Virus record (IMG/VR): IMGVR_UViG_3300020352_000002
Coordinates: 1-42,156 of that record
Reading direction: 5' to 3' (one strand)
Length of the DNA stretch: 42,156 nucleotides
From: a virus
Taxonomy: Duplodnaviria; Caudoviricetes
Shown: positions 33,109 through 42,156 of the stretch, in pieces
How the letters are laid out: the number at the start of each line of letters is the position of its first letter
Position numbering within the stretch: position 1 is the first letter of the stretch
The notes under the pieces: model-generated
Databases searched by the model: none
What the model was told of the DNA's origin: nothing
Seen by the model: only the letters and a program-made list of their open reading frames with translations
Position numbers and translations under genes: made by a program

Positions 33109-33130
33109 TTTGTTTTTCCTTTTGTTTAGA

Positions 33131-35509
33131 TTAAGATACGGCTACGATTAAGCCATCTTTGATTGTTAAAGTTGCTGATGCTGATGCAGAGCCTGTGAAT
33201 CCAGCTGTGCCATCAGATGACTTGTAGCCGCCTGAAGGAGTTACAGTGCCTGTTACGTCTATACCATCTGGCTTGACTTGCATTCTTGTTGCTATAGTTC
33301 CGTTATCGGCAACTTTAAAATCTAAAATACCATCGTGTGTGCCATCTGTTACGTCATTTGACAAACATAGAATACGGCCAAAGTTTTCAGTTGCACCACT
33401 TATTGCGTCACCTGCAACATTGAGAGTATTACCGCCAAAGTGAAGCGAACCAAGAATATTGTTATCAACTATTTCACTTACATTGGTATACAAATTACGC
33501 AGAACAATATCTGGTGCTCCATCTAATCCGCTTCCAGTGTTTGTGTTAGTAAGTAAAAGTTGATCGCCAGTATTCGTACTTGTAATGGTAAATGTTCCTG
33601 AACCTATATCAAAGTCAACATTACCGTTGCTGGTATTTACATCAACAGCACCATCAATGTCTAAGGCATCAGCAGTTACAGTGCCGTTTACATTCACATT
33701 ACCACTGCTATCAGCGACAACCATTGAAGCATTGCCAGTAACAGGTACAGTTATTTCATAATTGCCAGCCCAATTATCACTTGCGGGTTTAAAAGTTACT
33801 TTATGCTCACCTGCATTATCGTAGTCAGCTTCTCTTAAAGTTAATTGACCACCTTGACTAGAAGTACCTTCAACTGCTATTCCTGCTGAAACTGTCTGCA
33901 TTCTTCGTTCGCCATCACCAAACAACTGCAAGCTGGATAAACCAACAATTAAGTTTTGATTACTTGCGTTTTTAACTACGAAGTTTTCGCCTTTAATAGT
34001 TAAAGAACCATTACCAGTTTCAGTTATTGAAGAATCAGTACCATTAGATTTTATTTCTAGGTTGCCGTTAAATGTAGCGGCTTCGTTATCGCCTAGCGTT
34101 AATCCATCAGCAGTTACAGTGCCTGTTACATTTACACCAGTGCTTGTAGTTTCAAACTTATGATTAGCATAGTTAGTTTCATTGCCGTAATACAGTTTTA
34201 CGTTACCTGTTGCACCAGCACTTGCGTTAAGCCTTTGCACATCGAAACTTGCACCATCGGATGAACTATCATTTGTAAATATACTAACACTAGCACCTTC
34301 AAGTCTTAAGCCTCCACTGCCTACTTCTGATATGTAAGCGTAAGGGACGTTGCTAAAAGTTCTATGTGCAATTTGAAAGGTATCAGAAAATTGTAACTTA
34401 GAGTTTTCAGGTAGTTTAATTGCTTCTAAAGGCGAGGTGTTAATACCTGTAGTGTTGCCAGAGAAGTCTAAACTATCAGCAGTTACAGTGCCCTTTACAT
34501 CTATACCTGTAGCTGTAGTAGCTATTTTATAGTCGCTACTACTTGAAGGCTGTCCATAAAAAAGTTTGGCCTTATTGGTTGTGCCAGTACCGTCAAGAAC
34601 AATTTGATATTCATTTATGCCAGAGTCGTTATTAATCTCAATAGCTCTACCAGCTATCCTTAAATTACCGCCACCTGTTTCTAAAATATCTGTTGTTTGT
34701 GAACCATCATTGCGATGGACAATCTCTAAGTCATTATTAGCGCCAACGTAAATACTTTGACCATCACCTAAAGAAAGACCTCCAGCAGTTACAGTGCCTG
34801 TAAAAGTACCATTAGTTGCATTAGGAAACGTCACAACCTCTACAACACCAGAGGACACCGCAGTATTCAAAGTAACCTGTGTGGATGATGTAGTGTAATC
34901 TCCAGCACTCCCAGCACCTTTAACAAGTAAGACTCCGTTTAGGAAGACTAGCGTATTATCATCAACAGGAGTTGACGGTGCAAAGGTTGTAGTGCTTGTA
35001 GAGATAGCAAAGGTTTGTTTAGTGCCTCTGTTATTTACAGACTCAAAAGCACTGCCAGTATATACCTGTAATATTCCTGTAGAAGTATTAAAGAATAAGT
35101 CACCCGCTGTAGCTGATGAAGGTGTGCTAGTACCTGAAGTGTAGAATGTTTGAGCACCAAAGTCTGTACTCGCTGCTTGGTCAAGAGCTTCCTGAGACAT
35201 CATGAAAGACTGATCACCGTCAGTGTTAAGCTGACTTGAGGTCAGTATGGTGTTCTCAGAGTAAGTGTTGATACGAGCATTCTGGCTTGTTGAGCGAGTG
35301 ATGCGTATCTTTGCACCATCTGTAGGAAGACTACCAGACGCAAAGGTGATGTTAGTGCCAGTTAAAGTATAAGCACTGCTTGCCTGTGTTACACCACCGA
35401 CTGTCACTGAGATGTCTGTAGCACCCCTGCCTGTTATGTAGCTAGGCGTAACAAACTGGGTCGAGGTAGTGACCGAGCTTGCAGTGTATTCTGTGTATGA
35501 ATTTGCCAT
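33131..35509 (-). CDS. Tail fibre (T7 gp17-like N-terminal anchor, repeated modules)
   Basis: gp17-like N-terminus (IRITRST...LN...QEA); repeated GTVTAD junctions. Confidence 0.88.
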   Translation of the reverse strand: MANSYTEYTASSVTTSTQFVTPSYITGRGATDISVTVGGVTQASSAYTLTGTNITFASGSLPTDGAKIRITRSTSQNARINTYSENTILTSSQLNTDGDQSFMMSQEALDQAASTDFGAQTFYTSGTSTPSSATAGDLFFNTSTGILQVYTGSAFESVNNRGTKQTFAISTSTTTFAPSTPVDDNTLVFLNGVLLVKGAGSAGDYTTSSTQVTLNTAVSSGVVEVVTFPNATNGTFTGTVTAGGLSLGDGQSIYVGANNDLEIVHRNDGSQTTDILETGGGNLRIAGRAIEINNDSGINEYQIVLDGTGTTNKAKLFYGQPSSSSDYKIATTATGIDVKGTVTADSLDFSGNTTGINTSPLEAIKLPENSKLQFSDTFQIAHRTFSNVPYAYISEVGSGGLRLEGASVSIFTNDSSSDGASFDVQRLNASAGATGNVKLYYGNETNYANHKFETTSTGVNVTGTVTADGLTLGDNEAATFNGNLEIKSNGTDSSITETGNGSLTIKGENFVVKNASNQNLIVGLSSLQLFGDGERRMQTVSAGIAVEGTSSQGGQLTLREADYDNAGEHKVTFKPASDNWAGNYEITVPVTGNASMVVADSSGNVNVNGTVTADALDIDGAVDVNTSNGNVDFDIGSGTFTITSTNTGDQLLLTNTNTGSGLDGAPDIVLRNLYTNVSEIVDNNILGSLHFGGNTLNVAGDAISGATENFGRILCLSNDVTDGTHDGILDFKVADNGTIATRMQVKPDGIDVTGTVTPSGGYKSSDGTAGFTGSASASATLTIKDGLIVAVS

Positions 35510-35518
35510 TTGTTTTTC

Positions 35519-38500
35519 CTAGTTAAATAGTTTTTGCTTATCAGTTCGGTTTGCGTGATGCTGTAATATTGCTCGAAACTTTGGATTATCTACTAAAGCA
35601 AAAGAAACTTCTGTTGCAGCAGCAGCTCGGTATTCATTAATAATACGTTTTATTTCCGAAGCTCTGGTTTTTTTATCGTTCCATTGTTTAGCGAATACAG
35701 GGTCACGAAGCTCTGCGTACATAGGACTATTAATAAAGTCATCAATACGCTCGTTTAGCGTCATCTTAGTGTTTCCTATAGGAATCTCTATTGTACCTAC
35801 ACGTTCTTGATAAACATCATACCAGCTTCTTCCTTTACGAAAAGGCATACCAAATATTTCAATGCCGTCATTATATTCAAGGCGTTTAATATCTACACTA
35901 CCCCATGCGCTGTGTTTAGACACAGGAGGTGTAAGGCTCATACCTAATCTTCGCATTTCATCAACATTAGTTTGATACAAAAGCTCGTTTGCTTCTTCAC
36001 GCTTAACTTCTTTTTTAGTCAAACCTGAGTAATTTACTAAGTAAGGATTTTTAGCAATAGGGCGACCATCGAGAGGACTTCTACGTTGATCAGTGTTAGC
36101 TAAATACTTTGTATTATCCCAATTTAGAAGATGCGGTTTACCTTTTAGAATGCCTTCAATATCTCGAAGCTCGTTTTGAAATAACTCGTTGCCTTCAGCA
36201 AAATGTACTTCTTCTACGAAACGATAATAAGGCATAAAACCTTGTACGTGTCTAGCTATACCTTTTGCAGCTTGCTTTGTTTTACTTTCACCTTCGTTTT
36301 TACCACCAGTTCCAGTTGCAAACTCTATAATACCTTTAAGACTTTGTAGTGTTGGTATTTCTAACATTGTTTTTGCACCAGCAAATACGTAAGAAGCAAA
36401 AGATTCAAGAACATTTTGCTCTGTACCGTACATGATCTGATCACTAATGTTACCTGCAACCATTGCAAAACGAGCAGCAGGGTCTAAACGTCTTATACCT
36501 ACACCGTTAATACTGTAAGGTAGGAATTGATCTGACATATTTTCTACATTAGCTCTGTTACGATCTGTAGTGCCTTGGCCTGTAATCATACCTGATCCAG
36601 CCATCATAAAAACACCTGCCCACATCATCGTGCCTAAAGCCATAGCAGCTTCTGCTTCAGCAGCAACTTGGGGGTTAGGTGAATTTAACCTTTCCCTTAA
36701 GCTCTTAGAAGTCATCTGTAGTGCTGGTGTGCGATCACCTATAAATGTTAAAAGGTTACTTGGTGTCCGTATAAAGGGTAAAAGCTGTGTAAATATAGGT
36801 GCTTTATTACGCAGTGTTGTACCTGCTCTACCTAAATCACCAAACACATCCTTAGCCATAGCATTTTGGAATGTAACAACATTAGCTTCTTCTAAAGCTT
36901 CAGCAGCAATAGAACCTTGAACAGGTTGTATGTTGTTTGCCATATCATCAATATGCTTATCAATAATGTTTTTTGATTGTACATTTGCTTTTTGTAAGGC
37001 TTCTGTAAAAGATGAACCTTCGTCTAAGTAACGCTCTATTAGTTTTTTACTGACAGTAGTTCTAAAAGCTTGCTGCTTCATAAACTCATCGGTACTAATC
37101 ATTAACCGTCTACCTAATAGACGATTGAGGTTACCAAAGACATTCGCACCGTACATACCAAGGCTTTCGCCTTTTTGTTTTCCTAAAGTGCCGATAGACA
37201 TATCACGGTCACCTACAATTACGCCATTACCTGCTTTACCGTCAAAGGCATCAAAAGCAGTACGGTAAGGCGATATAGAACCACGTGAGGTGTTTAAGGC
37301 GTGTAAGAAATAACCTGCCGACTCATGTATATGTTTAATTTGTAAAGCTTGCTCAACCATAGCTGAACGTACAGCTTTTGCATCGCCTGTTAATACTCCA
37401 CCAACGCCTCGTTGCATTATACGATACTGGTGGTGTGCTAAGGATGATGCGGTGTTTACGGCAATCGTAGACCATGCACCTAAGATGTTATGTACAAACA
37501 CATCGTTGGCAACAGCAACAGCTTTACTAGCTCGGCCGACTTTAACGTCTTGCATATTTTTAATAACAGCTTTAGCTGCGTCAACATCGGAAGTGTTTGC
37601 TATCTTTTGTATAAGGTTTGCTCTTTCAAATACACCTAGTTTCTGAGAAGCTAGTTCAGGGTCTAAACGACCTTGAGTAGCTTTAAGTACCTTAGCTGCA
37701 TCAGAGCCTAAGAATTCTATTTTAGTTGTTAGTTTTTCAAGATCGCTATAGCGAGCCATGAAGTTCTCTGGATCAGCTTCAGCTTTCTTAAAGTTTTGCC
37801 ACGCTACAGTTTCAGCAGTTTTAAGAAACTGAACGTAGTTATCTGGACGTACATCTGCAGGTATTGTAGTAGAATCTGCCATTTTATTAACAAAGCGTTC
37901 CACAGTTAGTGGTTGCACAGTACCATCTGTTTTTACGTCCCCTAAATCCCATGTGCTAGTCATTTTCTTAAAGTCTTTTTCCATAAGAGTCTGAGAGCTT
38001 TTAGGAGTCTTGTTTAACTGTACTGCTAAATTACCTGTGACTTGTTGTTTAAACGCATCTAAGCCAGCCTGACGAGATGCTTCATTAGCTCTACGATCAG
38101 TACCATCACTAGCTACACGAGCAGCAATACGTTCCCCTAAAGCTTCTACGTTTTGTGCAGCTTGCTCAGGTGTCGTAACACCAGCTTCTGTTCTAGCTTT
38201 ATCTGCTGGTGGCTTATCCACTATAACAGTGTTTTCACCCATTACAGGTTCAACTTTACTTCCTGCTTTCTTTGCGGCTGCGCCTTTTACTGCACCCGCT
38301 GCTCCACCTGCTGCACCTCCAAAGAGTGTACCAGCAACAGAACCTATACCTGCTGATTTAAGAACGTGTTCTACTGATGAACCGTCACCAATACCAATTT
38401 GTCCTCGTGTATCAGCATCGAAATGACCATAAGCAGCGCCTTGAGCAGCGCCTTCTATAGCGCCCCATTTAGCACCTTTACCAGCATAGGCAGCAACCGC

Positions 38501-39061
38501 CTTACGGATACCTAACTGAGCTACTTGCTTGGCTGCTTGACCCTGAAGAGTCCCATAACCACCTGTCAATAAACCCATCCATGTTGCAGGGTCACGAACT
38601 ATAGCTTCACCGTAGTCAAAAACTGCATCCCACTTGCTTACACTGTCTTTGTAAAAAGGGACTGTGTTATCCCATACGTTATACATCATACCAACAGCTT
38701 GGCGCTCTTCTTCGTTGAACTGATCACCAGCTAACTGACGACCTAGTTTAAATACGCTCCCAGTGTTTACTGTTAAAAAACGCATATGGTCGTAGTATTC
38801 GTCTAAAGTTTTCTTATCATCTCCAATTAAATCTTCACGTACTTTACCTGCTTTGTTATTAGCAAAAGTTCGATAAGCGTTTAGGAGTTCTGGATTTTCT
38901 AAATTATCTTTGTACGATGTTTCTTCTTGCTTAATAGCTTCATCGTTTAACAGTCCTGCTTCATGGTAATCTGCAACTAGGCTCGCCTGTTGCTCTGGGT
39001 TTAGACGGTTGGGCGTTCTGTACGTCCTACCTCCAAACTCATATGTATATAACTTTGCCAT
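35519..39061 (-). CDS. Internal virion/ejection protein (gp16-like)
   Basis: 1180 aa; DEFMK and LPFIRTPSN motifs; position before the fibre. Confidence 0.8.
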   Translation of the reverse strand: MAKLYTYEFGGRTYRTPNRLNPEQQASLVADYHEAGLLNDEAIKQEETSYKDNLENPELLNAYRTFANNKAGKVREDLIGDDKKTLDEYYDHMRFLTVNTGSVFKLGRQLAGDQFNEEERQAVGMMYNVWDNTVPFYKDSVSKWDAVFDYGEAIVRDPATWMGLLTGGYGTLQGQAAKQVAQLGIRKAVAAYAGKGAKWGAIEGAAQGAAYGHFDADTRGQIGIGDGSSVEHVLKSAGIGSVAGTLFGGAAGGAAGAVKGAAAKKAGSKVEPVMGENTVIVDKPPADKARTEAGVTTPEQAAQNVEALGERIAARVASDGTDRRANEASRQAGLDAFKQQVTGNLAVQLNKTPKSSQTLMEKDFKKMTSTWDLGDVKTDGTVQPLTVERFVNKMADSTTIPADVRPDNYVQFLKTAETVAWQNFKKAEADPENFMARYSDLEKLTTKIEFLGSDAAKVLKATQGRLDPELASQKLGVFERANLIQKIANTSDVDAAKAVIKNMQDVKVGRASKAVAVANDVFVHNILGAWSTIAVNTASSLAHHQYRIMQRGVGGVLTGDAKAVRSAMVEQALQIKHIHESAGYFLHALNTSRGSISPYRTAFDAFDGKAGNGVIVGDRDMSIGTLGKQKGESLGMYGANVFGNLNRLLGRRLMISTDEFMKQQAFRTTVSKKLIERYLDEGSSFTEALQKANVQSKNIIDKHIDDMANNIQPVQGSIAAEALEEANVVTFQNAMAKDVFGDLGRAGTTLRNKAPIFTQLLPFIRTPSNLLTFIGDRTPALQMTSKSLRERLNSPNPQVAAEAEAAMALGTMMWAGVFMMAGSGMITGQGTTDRNRANVENMSDQFLPYSINGVGIRRLDPAARFAMVAGNISDQIMYGTEQNVLESFASYVFAGAKTMLEIPTLQSLKGIIEFATGTGGKNEGESKTKQAAKGIARHVQGFMPYYRFVEEVHFAEGNELFQNELRDIEGILKGKPHLLNWDNTKYLANTDQRRSPLDGRPIAKNPYLVNYSGLTKKEVKREEANELLYQTNVDEMRRLGMSLTPPVSKHSAWGSVDIKRLEYNDGIEIFGMPFRKGRSWYDVYQERVGTIEIPIGNTKMTLNERIDDFINSPMYAELRDPVFAKQWNDKKTRASEIKRIINEYRAAAATEVSFALVDNPKFRAILQHHANRTDKQKLFN

Positions 39062-39069
39062 GTGGTTAC

Positions 39070-40776
39070 CTATTGGTTTGCTTCTTCACTTGTTTCTGTG
39101 ATTGTAATAGAAAGGTTGGGAAACTGATCACTCGTGACAACAGTATTTCCGTCTTCTGTTATTTCAATATTTTCTATGAATTCTCTATTTAAGTTTCTTG
39201 GTTTTGTTCGATTAACAGCTTGCTCTGTTACAGTAGTTAATGAGCCTATTTGAAAAAAGGCTTTTTTAGTGCTTTCTGATTTAAATTTCCTTGTTTCAAA
39301 CCATTTATCAGACATCTCTATTAACTGTTCAGGTGTGGCATTTTGAGGGAGATTTTTACGCCAAAATTCTTCTATTTCGGCTACCTTTTGTGCCATGTCT
39401 ACATCCTTACCGCTTGCTTCACCAACAACACCTACATTAAAATATTCTTCAAATTCTTTGATTATGGCTTTTTGTGTTTCTACAATCTGCTCGCTGTTGT
39501 CGTAGTATCTTCCCATTGCAATATCAATAGTCTTTTCAAACATTTCTCTGCCTTGGTAAGTTTTAATCTCATTAAGCTTTTTTTGGCGTTCATTATTAAA
39601 CTCTGTATTATCCTTATCTTTGTTTTCTGTTAACCAATCAGAATATTCTTTAAAAGCTCTGTTGCTAGTTTCAGCTCTAACATTTGTTTGATCAAATGCT
39701 GCGTCAATCTCAGATTCTAAAATGTTTTTCTCATGTTCAGAAAAATTATCCTCACCTCTAACCTCTATTAAATTAGCTACGGCTGCATCATAAGCGGCTT
39801 TAGGATTATCGTGTTCTCTAACAGCTTTCATAACAAAACCTTTTTGCTCGCTCTGTAGACGAGATTCTCTGGTTTCAACTGCTGCCTGATTAAACGCTAT
39901 GGCTGCTTGTCGTTTCTCACGTAATTTATCCCAACTGGTACTACCTATGATTAAAGTTGGTTTACCTTTACCCTGTTTTAATGTAAGCAGTGCGGCTGCA
40001 TCGTAAAGGCTAGTGTCTATTTCACCTGTTTCTCCATCAGCAACCATACTTCTTTCAACAGCAGTTAAAAGAGCTTGTTGTATTTCTGCTGGTGAATAAC
40101 CTTCTGTTTTTAACTGTTCTCTGAGAGCAGTCCAAGATTCTTGTGTAAGGCCATCTACAGCTTCGGCTTCAATATCAGCAACTACTCGTGTTTGTCTTGC
40201 TGCTGCTTCGTAGACTTGGCCTTGCCGTTTTACTGCCTCACCTTGTTGTGTCAAATAGGGTTGTACTTTTTCTTCAAACTTTGGGGCAAAACCAAGACCA
40301 TCGTAAATAGTATCGTAGCCACTGCTTTCTAACCAAGCAGCTCTTTGTTCTTTTTCCCATTTGTAGTATGCTGCGGGATCGGTTAGTTGGTCTATACCTG
40401 ACTTTACTGACTCTGCCTGTAAGTGTCCTTTATATTCGCCCTGTGCTTTTGTTGCCATAGCGATGTTGTACTCTCGCTCTACAGCTCCTTTGCTGGTAAA
40501 TATACTAAGATTAGGATTAGCCTCATCAAACTTTTTAACCTCTCCTGATCTGTATGCTGCATCTACTGCTCTAGCTTTATCTAACTCGGTAGAGGCATCT
40601 CCTAGTTTTTCAGTAGCGCCTACAACCTGATTAAGAGCATCAGACAACTGTTTTGCTTGTGTAGCTTTTTCTTGTCCTTGACCACTAACAAAGGTATCTA
40701 CAGCTCTGTTGGTAACCTTTGGTGTTTGACCAAAGAGGTTTTTAGTCTTTACTGTTTGACTAATAGACTTTGCCAT
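39070..40776 (-). CDS. Internal virion/ejection protein (gp15-like)
   Basis: Helical composition; synteny. Confidence 0.7.
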   Translation of the reverse strand: MAKSISQTVKTKNLFGQTPKVTNRAVDTFVSGQGQEKATQAKQLSDALNQVVGATEKLGDASTELDKARAVDAAYRSGEVKKFDEANPNLSIFTSKGAVEREYNIAMATKAQGEYKGHLQAESVKSGIDQLTDPAAYYKWEKEQRAAWLESSGYDTIYDGLGFAPKFEEKVQPYLTQQGEAVKRQGQVYEAAARQTRVVADIEAEAVDGLTQESWTALREQLKTEGYSPAEIQQALLTAVERSMVADGETGEIDTSLYDAAALLTLKQGKGKPTLIIGSTSWDKLREKRQAAIAFNQAAVETRESRLQSEQKGFVMKAVREHDNPKAAYDAAVANLIEVRGEDNFSEHEKNILESEIDAAFDQTNVRAETSNRAFKEYSDWLTENKDKDNTEFNNERQKKLNEIKTYQGREMFEKTIDIAMGRYYDNSEQIVETQKAIIKEFEEYFNVGVVGEASGKDVDMAQKVAEIEEFWRKNLPQNATPEQLIEMSDKWFETRKFKSESTKKAFFQIGSLTTVTEQAVNRTKPRNLNREFIENIEITEDGNTVVTSDQFPNLSITITETSEEANQ

Positions 40777-40779
40777 TTG

Positions 40780-41295
40780 TTATCCCTTTTTCTTTTCATT
40801 TGCTTTTGCTGTTTTATAGCTCGCTGCACCGCTTGCAGCTTGAGCACCTGCTTGTAGAAGTGTACCTGCTACACTAGGACGAGCTACAGAGTTAATACGG
40901 GATTGTGCTCTGCTTGTTGATGCTACTTGATCCCAATGTAACTGTCTTGACTCACGCCCAAGGTTTTGTGTAACCCCTTGGTTAGCTTCAAGACCTTGTC
41001 GCACGATGTCACCTACGACACCGCCAGTGTTATCACTAGCACCAGACTCACCCATAGCGACTCTAGCTCTAGCTGCTGTTTCCATTGTTCTGCGGTTATT
41101 GCTTATCTTTTCTTGAGCTGCATCTTGCTGCTTCTGTGCAAACACCTCAGCGTTCTGTTGATCTTCCTGCATCTTAGCTAGGTTAGCAGCTTCAGCATTT
41201 GCTGTGTATGCTTTGCCCTGTTCATTAGCAGCGTGTAGCGTACCTGCTACAGACATAGCAGATGAAATAGCCAGCAATGTAGTTATTTCACACAT
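40780..41295 (-). CDS. Internal virion protein (gp14-like)
   Basis: MC start, Ala/Gln-rich, A.GESG motif; synteny. Confidence 0.75.
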   Translation of the reverse strand: MCEITTLLAISSAMSVAGTLHAANEQGKAYTANAEAANLAKMQEDQQNAEVFAQKQQDAAQEKISNNRRTMETAARARVAMGESGASDNTGGVVGDIVRQGLEANQGVTQNLGRESRQLHWDQVASTSRAQSRINSVARPSVAGTLLQAGAQAASGAASYKTAKANEKKKG

Positions 41296-41750
41296 TTTTT
41301 AATCCTCACAAATTGGTAGAAGGGTTGTTTCCCTACTCCGTATTCTTCTTCTAGTTTTATAAATTCAAACCCTAATGATTTAAGCCACTTCTTCGATACT
41401 GTATTATCTACGTGAACGAAATTAAGCAAGAGAGGGTAGATAGAATTCATCTCCTCTACCCATGTCTTTGCTTGAGGGATAAATTCATTCCTTGTTTCTA
41501 TAATCTTATCTGTACCTAGTAACCAAGGGCTACCAAAAATACCATTACCAGCTACACCAAACATTCCTACAACACTGCCATCCTCGTGTATGATTGAGTT
41601 ACACACCTCAGAGAGCCTGTAAGACTCTTGGAGCGCTCTTAAAGGAGCTAACCCATTACTATAGGTTATCTCCGTAACGTCCTGAGAACGCATGAGAGGG
41701 GCTATCTCACGACAGTCCAAGAACTCAGCCTTTCTATAATGATGTCCCAT
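41283..41750 (-). CDS. T7 gp13-like protein (GNAT-fold-like)
   Basis: MRSQDVTE, PWLLGT, N.VHVDN..SKKWLKSLGF; follows gp12. Confidence 0.82.
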   Translation of the reverse strand: MGHHYRKAEFLDCREIAPLMRSQDVTEITYSNGLAPLRALQESYRLSEVCNSIIHEDGSVVGMFGVAGNGIFGSPWLLGTDKIIETRNEFIPQAKTWVEEMNSIYPLLLNFVHVDNTVSKKWLKSLGFEFIKLEEEYGVGKQPFYQFVRIKKCVK

Positions 41751-41751
41751 G

Positions 41752-42156
41752 CTATATCCTTGTTGATCTAAGTTTTACAAAGCCTTCCCACTCTGCCCTC
41801 TGAAATACTGAAGGAAGCGGTGAGGCGTTTGTGATCTCTATTTTAGCTTCTTTGGCTTGTGATTGAACACCTACCTTAAAGTTACCTGAAGTGTCTACCG
41901 CTGATTGATCAAGTACGTTATCTGAATGGCCTAATAATCGACCAGTAAAGACTGCTGATGTAGCATCACGACTCCCATTGGTTTGAGTTACTGTAAAAGT
42001 CCCAGTGTCGTTGTAGGTAAATGACATATTTCTAAGCTGAAACCTTGCTATATCCGAAGCATCACCTTCGGCTGGTTTAAAGACTTGCTCGGAAAGTTGA
42101 TACTTGAAGGTGTATGGTATGCCACCATAGACGGGAATAGCGCTAGATGCTGGTGT
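41752..42156 (-). CDS. Tail tubular protein B, C-terminal part (continues from 1..2090)
   Basis: Ends SPLPSVFQRAEWEG, typical gp12 C-terminus. Confidence 0.9.
   Translation of the reverse strand, partial: TPASSAIPVYGGIPYTFKYQLSEQVFKPAEGDASDIARFQLRNMSFTYNDTGTFTVTQTNGSRDATSAVFTGRLLGHSDNVLDQSAVDTSGNFKVGVQSQAKEAKIEITNASPLPSVFQRAEWEGFVKLRSTRI
42080..42156. repeat. 77-bp terminal direct repeat (identical to 1..77)
   Basis: Exact match. Confidence 0.95.

Overview
This is a complete, circularly permuted genome of a T7-like lytic podophage (Autographiviridae-type). The unique length is about 42,079 bp, and the first and last 77 nt are identical, which is an assembly overlap. Essentially all genes are on the minus strand. 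The likely physical ends lie in the non-coding 24.3-24.75 kb stretch. Reading leftward from there: early genes under host sigma70 promoters; a single-subunit RNA polymerase that is split into two ORFs; SSB, endonuclease I, primase-helicase, PolA, exonuclease, MazG and class II RNR; portal, scaffold, capsid and tail tubes A/B. The order then wraps to gp13-gp16, tail fibres, holin/M15 endolysin, TerS/TerL and a small secreted-protein module. The most notable signals are: (1) the two-gene T7-type RNAP with an ATGA overlap; (2) seven copies of the palindrome CCGAAC(G/C)GTTCGG around early promoters, ribosome-binding sites and polA; (3) an SP6-like phage promoter (AAAAAGGTGCACTAT) with IHF-consensus boxes at near-fixed distance; (4) a histone-H1-like first gene and many very basic proteins; (5) an early HhH-GPD glycosylase-like gene; (6) nucleotide-identical module junctions in the tail fibre. 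No integrase, tRNA or CRISPR array was seen. All calls come from reading motifs and synteny by eye; no database searches were run.
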